DNA of 64,000 nt. Origin: Narcine bancroftii. Lineage: Eukaryota. The notes below the pieces were generated by a model. That model worked only from the letters and a program-made list of their open reading frames with translations. It was not told the origin of the DNA and did not search any database. Of the stretch, positions 1 through 11,904 are shown one piece after another (the first letter of the stretch is position 1; every line of letters begins with the position of its first letter). The position numbers and the translations under genes are program-made. The stretch lies in contig NC_091480.1 of the NCBI RefSeq assembly GCF_036971445.1, positions 61,754,001-61,818,000 of the forward strand, written 5' to 3'.

Positions 1-85
1 CCACGCAGACACTGGGAGAAAGAACTCCTTACGGTCAGCACTGTCCTAATTGTCAGCACTTTAACAGCGTTGCACTAACCATGCC
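1..85 (-). mobile_element. V-SINE/HE1-like tRNA-derived SINE fragment
   Basis: Reverse complement contains TTCTCCCAGTGTCTGCGTGG (V-domain-like core), the same family as 27724-27988. Confidence 0.55.
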
Positions 86-103
86 ATTCCATACAGAAGA
101 TAA

Positions 104-264
104 GGGTGCATAGAGTTGGGGGGGGTGATATATTAGCATGGAGAGAGGATTGGTTAACCAATAGAATGCAGAGAGTTAGGATACAGGGGTTTATCTGGTT
201 GACAATCAGTGGTGAGTGGGGTGTTGCAGGGGTCGGTGCTGTGCCTGCAACTGTTAAAAATATA
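104..264 (+). mobile_element. CR1 LINE RT fragment, 5' part (continues at 6263 after the Tc1 insertion)
   Basis: Degenerate W..DWLT.R.QRV...SGV.QGSVL coding pattern that resumes at 6263 as YINELEDGTECNVSTFVDD. Confidence 0.75.
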
Positions 265-1034
265 CAGTGCCTTCCATAAAGTTTGGGACAAAGTATTTTT
301 CCCCCTTTATTTGCCCCTGTGCACCACAGTTTTAAATTTTTACTCAAATAATTCACATGATTAAAGTGCACATTCCAGATTTTATTCAATGTTATTTGTG
401 TACATTCTGGTTGGGACCATGTAGAAATTACAGCACTTTTTGTACATTATCCCCTCACTTCAGGCCACCTTAATATTTGAAACAGAGCGATGGTATGTAT
501 GTTAAAGTCCTGTTTAGTACTTTGTTGCATATCCCTTGCAGCCAATGACTGCCTGATGTCTGTGATTCATACACATCACCAGCATCTTCTCTGGTGATAC
601 TCTGCCAGGCCTCTACTGCAGACACCTTCAGCTCCTGTTGGTTTCAGGGGGTTCTCCCCTTACGTTTCCTCTTCAGCATATGGAAGATGTGCTCAATTGG
701 ATTTAGATCAGTGACTGACTTGGCTATTCAAGAATTTTCCAGTTTTTAGCTTTGAAAAACTCCTTTGTTGCTTGAGCAGTTTGTTTGGGGGTCATTGTCT
801 TGCTGTAGGATGAAGCGCTGTCCAATGAGATTGGAGGGATTTGCTCAAACAGGAGCAGATGTTTCTATGCACCTGAGAATTCATTTTGCTACTGGCCATC
901 AGCAGTTACAGCATCAATGAAGATAAGTGCCCCAGTACCTGTGGCAGCCAGACATGCCCAGGCCACCATCATGCCCCACCATCATGTTTCACAGATGAGG
1001 TGATATGCTTTAGATCTTTACGTGGATCTTTAGA

Positions 1035-3495
1035 TGGAGGGCGGTGACATCTGTAGAGTGGTTGGATCTGTATGTGAACTGCGAGGGGTCTAATGATTGT
1101 TAAAGATGTCAGTAGAACATCTGCTAGCTGAGCTGCACATCCCATGAGCACTCTGGGGATTGTTATCCGGTCCAGCAGCTCTCCATGGGTTGACCTTGCC
1201 TAACTCTTCACTTCGGCCACTGTAAGACTCAGCATCTGCTCATTTGGAGGAGAGGTGGTCTTCTTCGCCGTCACGTCATTTTTCACCTCAAAATGTGCCA
1301 GCACAGACAGATGGTGTAGTCTTGTGGGTGATACCTTGGATGCCCTTCCACTTGTGTCTTGTCGTCTGCTCTGAAGGCAGCTTCTTGGTTTCTGAATAAT
1401 ACACGCACTTCTGCAGTCATCCATGGTTTCTGATTAGAATGAGTATTGATGGTCTTGGGCACAGTGACATCATCAGTACACTGATGCCGTATAAACGTCC
1501 AGATTGGTGCAGTCGCCAACAGTTGTTGCTCCCTTGAACATGTGCCAGTCAGTGCTGTTCAAAGCAGTCTTTTTTTAAATTTTTTATTTTTCACACTATA
1601 AACCATATTGATCAAGATACATACATTTTCCTTCTTAAATATATAGTGTCGTTTTCTCCCCCCCTTCCCTCCTCCCCTCCCTCCCTCACCTCCCCTCCCA
1701 TTTATTTAAAGTTCAGAATATAAGATGCATTAAACCCGTTAAACAATGTTGTCACTCAATAAAAATAAACAAGAAATTCCACTGAGTCAGTTCTTTTCAT
1801 TATCTTCTCCTTCTGTCATTTTAGGTGGTGGAAGTCCACGGTAGGTTTTCTCTATTGTGTTTCATGTATGGCTCCCATATTTGTTCAAATATTGTAATGT
1901 TATTTCTTAAATTATATGTTATTTTTTTTAATGGAATACATTTATTCATTTCTATATACCATTGTTGTATTCTCAAGTTATCTTCTAATTTCCAGGTTGA
2001 CATAATACATTTTTTTGCTACAGCTTGGGCTATCATAACAAATCTTTTTTGTGCTCCATCCAAATCGAGTCCAAATTCTTTGTTTTTTATATTACTTAGG
2101 AGGAAGATCTCTGGGTTTTTTGGTATATTGCTTTTTGTGATTTTATTTAGTATCTGGTTTAGATCTTCCCAAAATTTTTTCACTTTCTCACATGTCCAAA
2201 TTGCATGAACTGTTGTTCCCGTTTCCTTTTTACAGCGAAAACATCTGTCTGATACTGTTGGGTCCCATTTATTTAACTTTTGAGGTGTAATGTATAGCCT
2301 GTGTATCCAGTTATATTGTATCATACGTAACCTCGTGTTTATTGTATTTCTCATGGTTCCGGAGCATAGCTTCTCCCATGTTTCATTCTTTATCTTTATG
2401 CTTAGATCTTGTTCCCATTTGTGTTTGGTTTTACCATTTGTTTCCTCGTTCTCCTTTTCTTGTAGTTTAATATACATGTTTGTTATAAATTTTTTGATTA
2501 TCATTGTGTCTGTAATCACATATTCAAAATTACTTCCTTCTGGTAACTTCAGACTGTTTCCCAATTTGTCCTTCAAGTAGGATTTCAGTTGGTAGTATGC
2601 CAACATTGTATCGTAAGTTATATTTATCCTTCAATTGTTCAAAGGATAATAGTTTATTTCCCGAAAAACAATTTTCTATTCTTTTGATCCCTTTTTTCTC
2701 CCATTCTCTAAAGGAAAGGTTATCTATTGTAAAAGGGATTAGCTGATTTTTTGCGTCAGTATTAGTTTTGTTAGTTGGTAATTTGTTTTATTCCTTTCTA
2801 CATGAATCTTCTTCCAAATGTTGAGCAGATGATGCAATACCGGAGAATTCCTACGTTGTACCAATTTTTCATCCCATTTATATAATATATGTTCAGGTAT
2901 CCTCTCCCCTATTTTATCTAGTTCTCATCTAGTCCAATCTGGTTTTCCCTTGTTTGATAAAAATCTGATAGGTATCTTAATTGTGCGGCTCTATAATAAT
3001 TTTTAAAGTTTGGCAGTTGTAAGCCTCCTTGTTTATACCATTCTGTTAATTTATCTAGTGCTATCCTCGGTTTCCCCCCCTTTCCATAAAAATTTCCTTA
3101 TTATTTTCTTTAAATCCTTGAAGAATTTCTCTGTTAAGCGTATTGGTAATGTCTGAAATAGGTATTGTATCCTTGGGAAAATGTTCATTATTCTCCTATC
3201 TAAAATTCATTTAACCCCACTATCCCCTCCCCTTCCTGAGTTGCCCTTTGTCCCTTGTCGGGCAACCACATCTCCCCTCTCCATTTGGATTTGCGAAATT
3301 ACTCGCAAGCGTCAACTGATTTCGCAGTGACCGTAATTCTTCCCCACCCATCCCCCCCCCCAGAAAAGATTTTAATCTTCATATATAACAAAGGTCACTC
3401 TCTTAATTCCCTCCTTACTTCCTTTCTTTTTTTACTTTCCCTTCTTAGTTCTTACCTATACTCTATTTTTTTTAAATATACATACACATACATAT

Positions 3496-3544
<49 letters not shown>

Positions 3545-5715
3545 TACATATAGTTTGTGGTCATTTTTGTTCTCGTTACATGTCTTCATCTCTCTGTCTG
3601 TTTTGTAGTTGTTCTGCAAATTTTCGTGCTTCCTCCAGATCCGAGAATAGTCTGTTTTGCTGCCCTGGAATAACTATTTTAAGTACCGCTGGGTACTTTA
3701 ACATAATTTTATATCCTGTTGTCCATAGGATCGTTTTTGCTGTATTAAACTCCTTTCTCTTCTTCAGGAGTTCAAAACTTATGTCTGGATAGAAAAAAAA
3801 TTTTTGACCTTTGTATTCCAGTGGCTTTTTGTCTTCTCTTATTTTCTTCATTGCTTTCTGCAATATATTTTCTCTTGTTGTATATCTTAAGAATTTTACT
3901 AAAATGGATCTTGGCTTTTGTTGTGGCTGTGGTTTCGGGGCCAATGTTCTATGTGCCCTTTCTATTTCCATTTCTTCCTGTAATTCTGGTCTTCCTAAGA
4001 CCCTGGGGATCCAATCTTTTATAAATTCTCTCATATTCTTGCCGCCTTCATCTTCCTTAAGGCCCACTATCTTTATATTATTTCTTCTATTATAATTTTC
4101 CATTATATCTATCTTCTGAGCTAACAGCTCTTGTGTCTCTTTAACTTTTCTATTAGATTCTTCTAATTTCTTTTTTAAGTCCTCTACTTCCATTTCTATG
4201 GCTGTTTCTCATTCTTCCACCTTGCCCACTCTTTTTCCTATATCTGACATGATCATCTCTAATCTATTCATTTTTTCTTCTGTACTTTTTACTCTTCTTT
4301 TTATTTCACTGAATTCTTGTGATTGCCATTCTTTTATTGATTCCATATATTCTTTAAAAAAATATATATCCATGTACTTGCCCTTCCCTTCATCTTCCAT
4401 TTCTCTGTGTTCTTCCTCCTCTTCTTCTGAGTCCACTCCAGGGTCTGTGTCCTTTACCTCTGTCTCTTCTGGTTTTCTTGTTGGGTTGTTTGTTTTATTT
4501 TGTTGGGTATTTTTGGTCTTCTTATTTTTATTAGAAGTGTCTTGCTGCTGGTCTTCTTCCTCTGGGTTGGTCATCTGTTGTTTCTTTGATTTCTTTTTAC
4601 TCTCTTTCTTGTTCTCGTTATTTTCTATGTTCTCCTCTTGCTGCTTTGTTGTGGTTGTCAATTTCAGCTGTGGAGATCGACTCCTCAGCTGGTCCCCCCT
4701 CCCGTCAGTGTTATTTTTGTCTTGCGCATCGCGCATGCGCGGTTGCACACTTTTGTTTGGCTCCGCGAGCCATTTTTGTAGTCCTGAGCTCGGGGCTTCA
4801 ACTGACCTGAGGGAGCGGGCTTCTCTCTCCCCGGCAGATCTCCTCGGACAGGTAAGGCCTTCACCTTCTTCTTCCGACGTCTTTTCTTCTTCTCTTCTTC
4901 CCGTTGCTTTTGGCTTTTCTTTCTTTGCTGCCATTTTCTCCACACCTTTATTTTCACTTTATTTTAATTTTTGTGTTTGTGCCTTTGTTTTTTCTGTTTT
5001 TTTTTAACTTTTCCAGAGAGGGCTGGAGTTCCCCGACCGGCCACAACTCCATCACGTGACTCCTCTCCTGTTCAAAGCAGTCTTGAAGTGCATGAATGGC
5101 CTCTGCTGGCCAGGTTTTAACCTGCTTTCGAACTGGTCTGGAGTGCCTGATGTATGGTCTGTATGCTGGGATGTGGTCTGAGTATCTGAGGTAGGGGTGG
5201 AGCTTTGCCCAATATGTATTGGAAATGTTTGTATACACCTAGTCCAACATGTTTGCGCCTCTCGTAGCAAAGTCCACATACTGATGGAATTTTGGGTGGC
5301 CCTGACATCAGGGTTGTCTGGTTGAAATCCGCAGCAATAATAATCATTCTGTCAGAGGGTGCAGTCTGCATTTCGTTTATAGCCTCTTACAGTTCCCAGG
5401 TCGCCACCTTAGGGTTAGCACCGTGGTGAATTCCTGCAGTAGATAAAATGATCAACAAATGACAGGCAAAAATTCCACCAGTGTTAAGCAGTGACTCGAC
5501 ACTCGTGCAGAATCCTTACATCATTCTGTGTTGATGTAAATATACAGGCCACCACCACAGGCTTTACCACAGAGAGCAGCATCTCTGTCAGTCTGAAATA
5601 AAGTGAGGCCGTCCAGTTGATTGGTGGTGTCTGGGACTCTGTCGCTGAGCCACGTTTCAGTGAAGACCAAAACACAGCGGTCCCTGTACTCATACTTCAC
5701 GGACCGCCGGAGTCA
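1035..5715 (-). mobile_element. Rex1/Babar-like LINE remnant (pieces ~1035-1571 and 5068-~5715) nested in the Tc1 and split by an L1
   Basis: Minus-strand motifs VLVFTETWLSD (APE endonuclease), [27 protein letters not shown] and [11 protein letters not shown]. The element is contiguous across the L1 TSD. Confidence 0.75.
1572..5067 (-). mobile_element. L1-clade LINE copy 1: intact 5' and 3' ends, ~2.5-kb internal ORF2 deletion
   Basis: TSD CTGTTCAAAGCAGTCTT at 1555-1571 and 5068-5084. A-rich tail. ORF1 at 4943-3576 (ENYNRRNNIKIVG, EIERAHR, RSILVKFLR) with one in-frame TGA. ORF2 C-terminus with CFRC...H...C motif (1821-2606). Junction at ~3189 fuses the inter-ORF spacer to post-RT ORF2. Confidence 0.95.
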
Positions 5716-6262
5716 GATGTTGTCTTCCTTGGCCTACCAGACCCTTTGCGATGACTGAGCTCACCAGAATGCTCTTTCTTCTTAATGATGTTCCAGACGT
5801 TGATTTGGGTCATCCTACGGTTTGGACGATGTCTCTTATTGTTTTATTCTTGTTTTCCACCCTCATCATGGCTTCTTTGACTTTCATTGGCACAACTCTG
5901 GTCCTCATGTTGAAAAATGGCAATTACAGACTCCAAAGGTGATCTAAAGCTTAGACGTAAGTCTAGTTCTCTTCTACCTGCACCAACGAAGGAATTAAAC
6001 AAACCTGAGTAACGAGTAACCACAAACAGCTGTGACCCCAAATGTCCCAAACACTGAGGTACCCTGAAATGGGGAACTATGTATAAAAAGTGCTGTAATT
6101 TCTATATGGTCAAACCAAAATGTATGCAAATGACTGAGAATAAAATCTGGAATGTGCACTTTAATCACATGTGAATGGTTTGATTACAAATTTAAAACTG
6201 TGGAGCACTAGGGCAAATAAAGGGAAAAAGTGTCTTTGTCCCAACCATTATGAAGGGCATTG

Positions 6263-7370
6263 TACATAAATGAGCTGGAAGATGGGACAGAGTGTAATGT
6301 ATCTACATTTGTTGATGACTCTGAATTGAGTTGAAAAGTAAATTGTGCAATGGATACAGAGAGCTATAGATGGGTGAAGTGAGTGGGCAGGGGTCTGGCA
6401 GGTGGCGTCCAATGTTGGTAGATGTGAGGTATCCACTTTGGAAGGAAAAATAGAAGATGAGATGATTATTTAAATGGCAAGTGATTGCAGCAGCTGCCAT
6501 GCCGAAGGACCTGGGAGGGTTTGTGCATGAATCACAAAAGGTTGGTTTGCAGGTGCAGCAGGCGATCAGGAAGGCAAATGGAACATTGGCCGTTATTGCT
6601 GGAGGGATGGGATTTCAGAGCAGGGAGGTTATGCTGCAACTGTACATGGTAGTGGTGAGGCCGCATATGGAGTACTGTGTGCAGTTCTGGTCTCCTTACT
6701 TGAGGAAGGATGGACTGGTTCTGGAGACGGTGCAGAGGAGGTTCACCAGGTCGATTTCAGAGATGAGGGGGTTGGCCTATGAGGAGAGATTGTGTCATCT
6801 GGGACTGGACTTGCTGGAATTTAGAAGGATGAGAGGGGATCTTGTAGAAATGTATAAAATTATGAAAGGCATAGATCAGATAGAGGTAGGTAAATTGTTC
6901 CCATTGGTGGGGGAGACCAGAATGAGGGGACATAGCCTCAAGATCCAGGGGAGTAAATTTAGGACGGAGATGAGGAGGAACCAGAGGATAGTGAATCTGT
7001 GGAATTCATTGCTACAGAGAGCAGTAGAGGCAGGTTCATTGAATATATTTAAGAGGGAATTAGATATATTTCTTCAGTATAAGGGAATTAGGGGTTACGG
7101 AGAGAAGGCGGAGACGGGGTACTGAACTTTAAGATCAGCTATGATCTCATTGAATGGCAGAGCAGGCTTGAAGGGCCGAATGACCTACTCCTGCTCCTAT
7201 CTTCTATGTTTCTATGAACTGCTTTTCCCAGAGGGTGGGGATCTGTGGAACTCACTACCCACTGAAGCAGCGGAGGTGACCTCAGTAAATATATTTAAGA
7301 CCAGGTTGGATAGATTTTTACATAGGGGAATTAAGGGATATAGGGAAAAGGCAGGTGGGTGGAGATGAGC
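6263..7370 (+). mobile_element. CR1 LINE RT C-terminal fragment(s)
   Basis: ORF 6481-7125 contains LYMVVVRPHMEYCVQFWSPYLRKD...RRMRGDL, typical of the CR1 ORF2 C-terminus. Confidence 0.9.
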
Positions 7371-7526
7371 ACAATCCACAGCTGATGCTGCAGGTGAGAG
7401 CCGTGGATAAGTGCCCAGTAGCAGTTAGTGAGGTTGTCAGATGGTCTGGACGGGCAATCGGACACAGCTTGAGAAGGGTTATAACCTCATCCCTATAACA
7501 CTAAGTCCCTCTTTTTTTCCTGGCAG

Positions 7527-7607
7527 GCCGGTGCAGAGATCTCAACGGTGAACCCCGAACAGTATGCCAAAAGGTTCATGGACTTCATTACCAACATCTT
7601 TGCATAG
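7527..7607 (+). CDS. PIP4K2C: Terminal coding exon of phosphatidylinositol-5-phosphate 4-kinase type 2 (gamma-like)
   Basis: Polypyrimidine tract plus CAG at 7524-7526, then [26 protein letters not shown]. This matches the PIP4K2 C-terminus, and the ITNIFA ending is as recalled for PIP4K2C. No upstream exons were recognised in the window. Confidence 0.85.
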   Translation, partial: AGAEISTVNPEQYAKRFMDFITNIFA

Positions 7608-7699
7608 TCGCCAAAGGATGTTCGTTCAGACCCACATTGGTCTGGGGTGGGGGGAAATTTACTCTCAGTCCCCACTTCCTCCCGTCACAAAGTTCCCAC

Positions 7700-8970
7700 T
7701 GTTTCGCCGCCTCGGTCCCGACGGTCCCGCTGTTTCGCCCCCTCGGTCCAGACGGTCCCGCTCTTCCTCTCCCACCCCCCGACCCGCTCTTCCTCTCCCC
7801 CCGTCCCGCTCTTCCTCTCCCACCCCCCGTCTCGCTCTTCCTGTCCCCCCGTCCCGCTCTTCCTGTCCCCCCATCCCGCTCTTCCTCTCCCCCCCGTCCC
7901 GCTCTTCCTCTCCCCCCGTCCCACTCTTCCTCTCCCCCCGTCCCGCTCTTCCTCTCCCCCGTCCCGCTCTTCCTCTCCCCGCCCGTCCCGCTCTTCCTCT
8001 CTCCCCGTCCCGCTCTTCCTCTCCCCCCCCCCGTCCCGCTCTTCCTCTCCCCCCCCCCGTCCCGCTCTTCCTGTCGTCCCCCCCCCGTCCCGCTCTTCCT
8101 GTCGTCCCCCCCCCCGTCCCGCTCTTCCTGTCCCCCCGTCCCGCTCTTCCTGTCCCCCCGTCCCGCTCTTCCTCTCCCCGTCCCGCTCTTCCTCTCCCCC
8201 GTCCCGCTCTTCCTCTCCCCCATCCCGCTCTTCCTCTCCCCGTCCCGCTCTTCCTCTCCCCGTCCCGCTCTTCCTCTCTCCCCGTCCCGTTCTTCCTCTC
8301 CCGCCCGTCTCGTTCTTCCTCTACCCCGTCCCGCTCTTCCTGTCCCCCCGTCCCGCTCTTCCTGTCCCCCCGTCCCGCTCTTCCTGTCCCCCGTCCCGCT
8401 CTTCCTGTCCCCCCGTCCCGCTCTTCCTCTCCCCCGTCCCGCTCTTCCTCTCCCCCGTCCCGCTCTTCCTCTCCCCCGTCCCGCTCTTCCTCTCCCCCGT
8501 CCCGCTCTTCCTCTCCCCCGTCCCGCTCTTTCTCTCCCCCGTCCCGCTCTTCCTCTCCCCGTCCCGCTCTTCCTCTCCCCCTGTCCCGCTCTTCCTCTCC
8601 CCCGTCCCGCTATTCCTCTCCCCCGTCACGCTCTTCCTCTCCCCCATCCCGCTATTCCTCTCCCCCCCGTCCCGCTCTTCCTCTCTCCCCCCGTCCCGCT
8701 CTTCCTCTCCCCCGTCCCGCTTTTCCTCTCCCCCGTCCCGCTCTTCCTCTCCCCCCGTCCCGCTCTTCCTCTCCCCCGTCCCGCTCTTCCTCTCCCCCCG
8801 TCCCGCTCTTCCTCTCCCCCCGTCCCGCTCTTCCTCTCCCCGTCCCGCTCTTCCTCTCCCCCGTCCCGCTCTTCCTCTCCCCCGTCCCCCTCTTCCTCTC
8901 CCCCGTCCCGCTCTTCCTCTCCCCCCGTCCCGCTCTTCCTCTCCCCCCCCGACCCGCTCTTCCTCTCCCA
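7700..8970. repeat. C-rich minisatellite, unit ~21-24 bp CCCCGTCCCGCTCTTCCTCTC, roughly 55-60 copies
   Basis: Direct inspection. It begins about 95 nt after the PIP4K2C stop codon. Confidence 0.97.
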
Positions 8971-9189
8971 TTCCCACCCCCACCCCAGATCTATTTCCCT
9001 CTTCCCAGCTTGAAATTTACGCATCCAGAAGGTATTTTCCACATTGTCAAGCAAGCTTTCATTTTTCTCCCTCCTGGTCATGCAGGACTTCAGGAGGGAA
9101 TTTCCTGTTTTGGGATTTGGCTATGGAGAGACTCACACCATGGAGCTGAATGTAGTCACAATGGTGTAGCCAGACTCACCATGTTTGAG

Positions 9190-9915
9190 AATTCTATTTA
9201 AACCTCTCCAGTAACTTGACCTGGTCCACCTACATCAATGCAACGACACAGAAAGTGACCTGCACCACAACTTGCTCAGAAGCCGGAGGAAATTCGGCAC
9301 ATTCCCAGTGTCCCCCATCAACTCCAACAGGTGCCCCATTGAAAGTATCCTGTCAGGGTGCATCGCTTTGTCCGACAGGAACTGCTCCACACAGGGAACT
9401 GCACAAAGTTGTGAAAGTAGCTCAGACAATCACACCCCCTCCCCTCCATCAACCCCGTCTACACCTCATCACACTCCCTCCCCTCCATCGACCCCCGTCT
9501 GCACCTCATCACATCCCCTCCCCTCCATCGACCCCATCTACACCTCATCACATCCCTCCCCTCCATTGACCCCGTCTACACCTCATCACACCCCTTCCCC
9601 TCTATTGACCCTGTCTACAGCTCCCATTGCCTCAGGAAATCAGCCAACACATTAATGGACCCATCCCACCCCAGCCACACTCTTCACCCCCATCCTGTCG
9701 CGGAGAAGATTCTGGAGTGTGAGATCACGCCCCACCAGATTTAGGGACAGATTTCTTCCTGCTGTGATCAGACTCCTGAATGAACCTCACACAAGTGAAT
9801 TGATGTCACCTTTGCTCCAATCTCTCTGTTTACAGTGTTTTACCTGCTCTATGCGTGGTTTGACTAGCTCACAAAATGAACTATTTTACCATCTTGGTAC
9901 TTGTGACAATAAACA
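9190..9915 (+). mobile_element. Rex1/Babar-like LINE 3' fragment with an internal ~37-bp tandem expansion (~9430-9620)
   Basis: Motifs LTWST.IN, PIESILSGCI...NCS and TRFRDRFLPAVIRLLN. Ends GACAATAAAC. Confidence 0.7.
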
Positions 9916-10009
9916 ATTTTGAAATGTATATGTAAAATATCTGAACTGAGGCATGCTGATAAGTGGCAGTGGGGATTTTCACCTCACTGCATTTCCCACA
10001 ACATTCAGC

Positions 10010-11050
10010 ACAGAGAAGGCCCTTCAGCCCAACTCCTCCATCTTGACCTTGTTGGTATTCTGCATTTTTCCACAACCTAAACCTTTCTTATCCATAAATA
10101 TATTTTGAATGTCAGAATTATACCTGCTTCTTCTGGCAGCTCATTCCAGATATGGATCACCCTCTGAGTGAAGAAATACCCCTCAAGTCCCACTTAAATT
10201 TCCCCTCTTACAATAAACCAATGTCCTCCCATTGTAGAATCTACTCTTAGCATCGACCTTAACTGTGCCCCTCATGGTTTTATAAACCTCTATAAGGTCC
10301 TCCCCTCGGCATCCTATACTCCAGGGAGAAAAGTCTCAGCCTCTCCTTGTCATTTCCAGCCCTCCAGTCCTGGGAACATCGTAGTGAATCTCCTCTGCAT
10401 CCCTTCCTCTATCTGGCACTGATACAGTGTTGTGACAGTCTCTGCCTTCAATATCCCCCAAGATTCCATATCAGGGGAACATTGTCCCTCTGTTTTCTCC
10501 CTCTTCTAAATGTCCTTCCCCTTACCCTGAAGCTATGACTTCTATCAGTCCAGCACAGGAACAGGCCCTTCAGCCCATGATGCCTGCACTGAACATGATA
10601 AAATTAAACTCAACCCCTACTACCTGCACACAACCCTGTACCCCCTGTCTTGAACCATTTTAAACACCATTATTGTTTGTTACCACCACTACCCGGGCAC
10701 CGCACCCACAACTCTGGGTGAAATATTTGCTCTGCACGTTCCCCATAAGCCGCCTCCCCTTCAGCTTAATTGCACGTCCTGTGGTGTGTGAGGCTTTTGA
10801 CTTGGGGAAACCATTCGGACCCTCATCATTTTACAAACTTCCATCAGGTCACCCCTCAACCTCCGACTCCCCAAAGAAACCAACCCAGGTTTCTCCCACC
10901 TCTCCCTGTAACCCATCCCCTCCAAGCCAGGCCACATCATGGGGAGCCTCTCTTGTCCCCTTTCCAAAGCCTCCACATCCCTCCTGTGATGGGGCGACCA
11001 AAACTGCACATAGTGTTCCAAGTGTGGCCAAAAAACTTGGAAACTGCAAT
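10010..11050 (-). mobile_element. CR1 3' fragments
   Basis: ORF 10761-11147 contains PHLEHYVQFWSPHHRRDV...RRLRGDLMEVCK. Confidence 0.75.
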
Positions 11051-11418
11051 GGGGAACATTTTCCTGCCATCTATGCCTCTCATACTTGCATAGACTTCTA
11101 TCTTCAGTCTCTTTTCTCCAATTAAAATAAACGGAACCTCTGCACAACGATCATCCTTTTAACTGAAAGATTCCACCTCAGCCATGTCTGCTGTACAGTG
11201 CAAATGCCCCTCTGGGCCATGCATTGGGAGCAGATTGGAGTTGAACCTTTGACTTCCATTGACGTGATGGACTGAAGTGGCCTCCAGTCAACAGGGCGAT
11301 CCTCCCGGCCTGACGATGGGGTTGCCATGATAAAGCGGCTTGACTCACTTGGACCAAGTGCATTATGGACATCGTAGTTTTATGCGTGAGGCTGCTACCA
11401 GGAAGGATCCATGTTGGA

Positions 11419-11434
11419 ACTACAACTCCCGGCA
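11419..11434 (+). promoter_or_regulatory. ACTACAnnTCCC (ZNF143/THAP11-type) housekeeping promoter motif, likely DDX23 promoter
   Basis: ACTACAACTCCCGGCA in a CpG-containing patch, followed by a YY1-like GAATGGCGGC (11458-11467) and a splice donor. Confidence 0.7.
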
Positions 11435-11439
11435 ACTTC

Positions 11440-11505
11440 AGCAGCGAGGCCTCGCAAGAATGGCGGCGGCTGACCTGGAGTGAGGCGGATCAAGCGGTGG
11501 AAAAG
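11440..11505 (+). other. DDX23: Probable non-coding exon 1 of DDX23 (start approximate)
   Basis: Ends at donor AAG|GTAAAC (11505/11506). The first coding exon has an acceptor CAG directly before its ATG, so an upstream UTR exon is expected. Confidence 0.6.
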
Positions 11506-11904
11506 GTAAACGGGAGAAACGGAGAGGGAGGAGGGGCAAGGAGGATGAGGAGAGGGAACAGAGGAGGGAGGGAGGCGGTGTGGGAGGGGAGAGAACGGCG
11601 AGGGTCAGTAGGGTGGGGAGAGGGGAAGGGGCATGCGGCGACGAGGAGAGGAGGGATGGGAAGGGGGAATGAGGGAGGGGATAAGGGGAGGATGAGGAGG
11701 GACGGGAATGAGGGGTGGGAAAAGGATATGGGGAGGGAAGGGAGCATAAGGGAAAGCGACAGAAAAGTGGAAGTGGGTAGGGTGAAGGGATGGAGTAGTG
11801 AGTGGAGAGAATATAGGGAAAAGAAGGTGGGAGAGAGGCTGGAAATGGAGTAGAAGAATGGAATGAAAGAGAGCAGGAAGTGTATCCACAGAATGGAACA
11901 AGTT

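Larger units (their letters stand above)
265..6262 (-). mobile_element. Tc1/mariner DNA transposon (IR/DR type, DD34E-like), decayed and interrupted by nested LINEs
   Basis: Imperfect terminal inverted repeats of about 220 bp (265-~485 and ~6040-6262; CAGTGCCTTCCATAAAGTTTGGGACAAAG vs rc CAATGCCCTTCATAATGGTTGGGACAAAG). TA on both sides (263-264, 6263-6264). Minus-strand N-terminus MRTRVVPMKVKEAM...KGSGRPRKT from ATG at 5908. Catalytic motifs VKHDGG, FILQQDNDP and PSQS.DLNPIEH at ~690-1000. Confidence 0.92.

Noticed and set aside
3180..3200. L1 internal deletion as a splicing product
   Set aside because: A GT follows the upstream breakpoint in the intact copy, but the downstream breakpoint is preceded by AA rather than AG.
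4198..5007. Antisense ORF over L1 ORF1 (also 22078-22527 and 51040-51546) as an ORF0-like gene
   Set aside because: It is the Phe/Ser/Leu-rich mirror of an A-rich sense strand, and its start and length differ among copies.
7564..9201. Long ORFs of 458-545 aa (Pro/Ser/Arg-rich) on both strands
   Set aside because: They arise from a stop-free minisatellite that is open in all frames and show no domain content.
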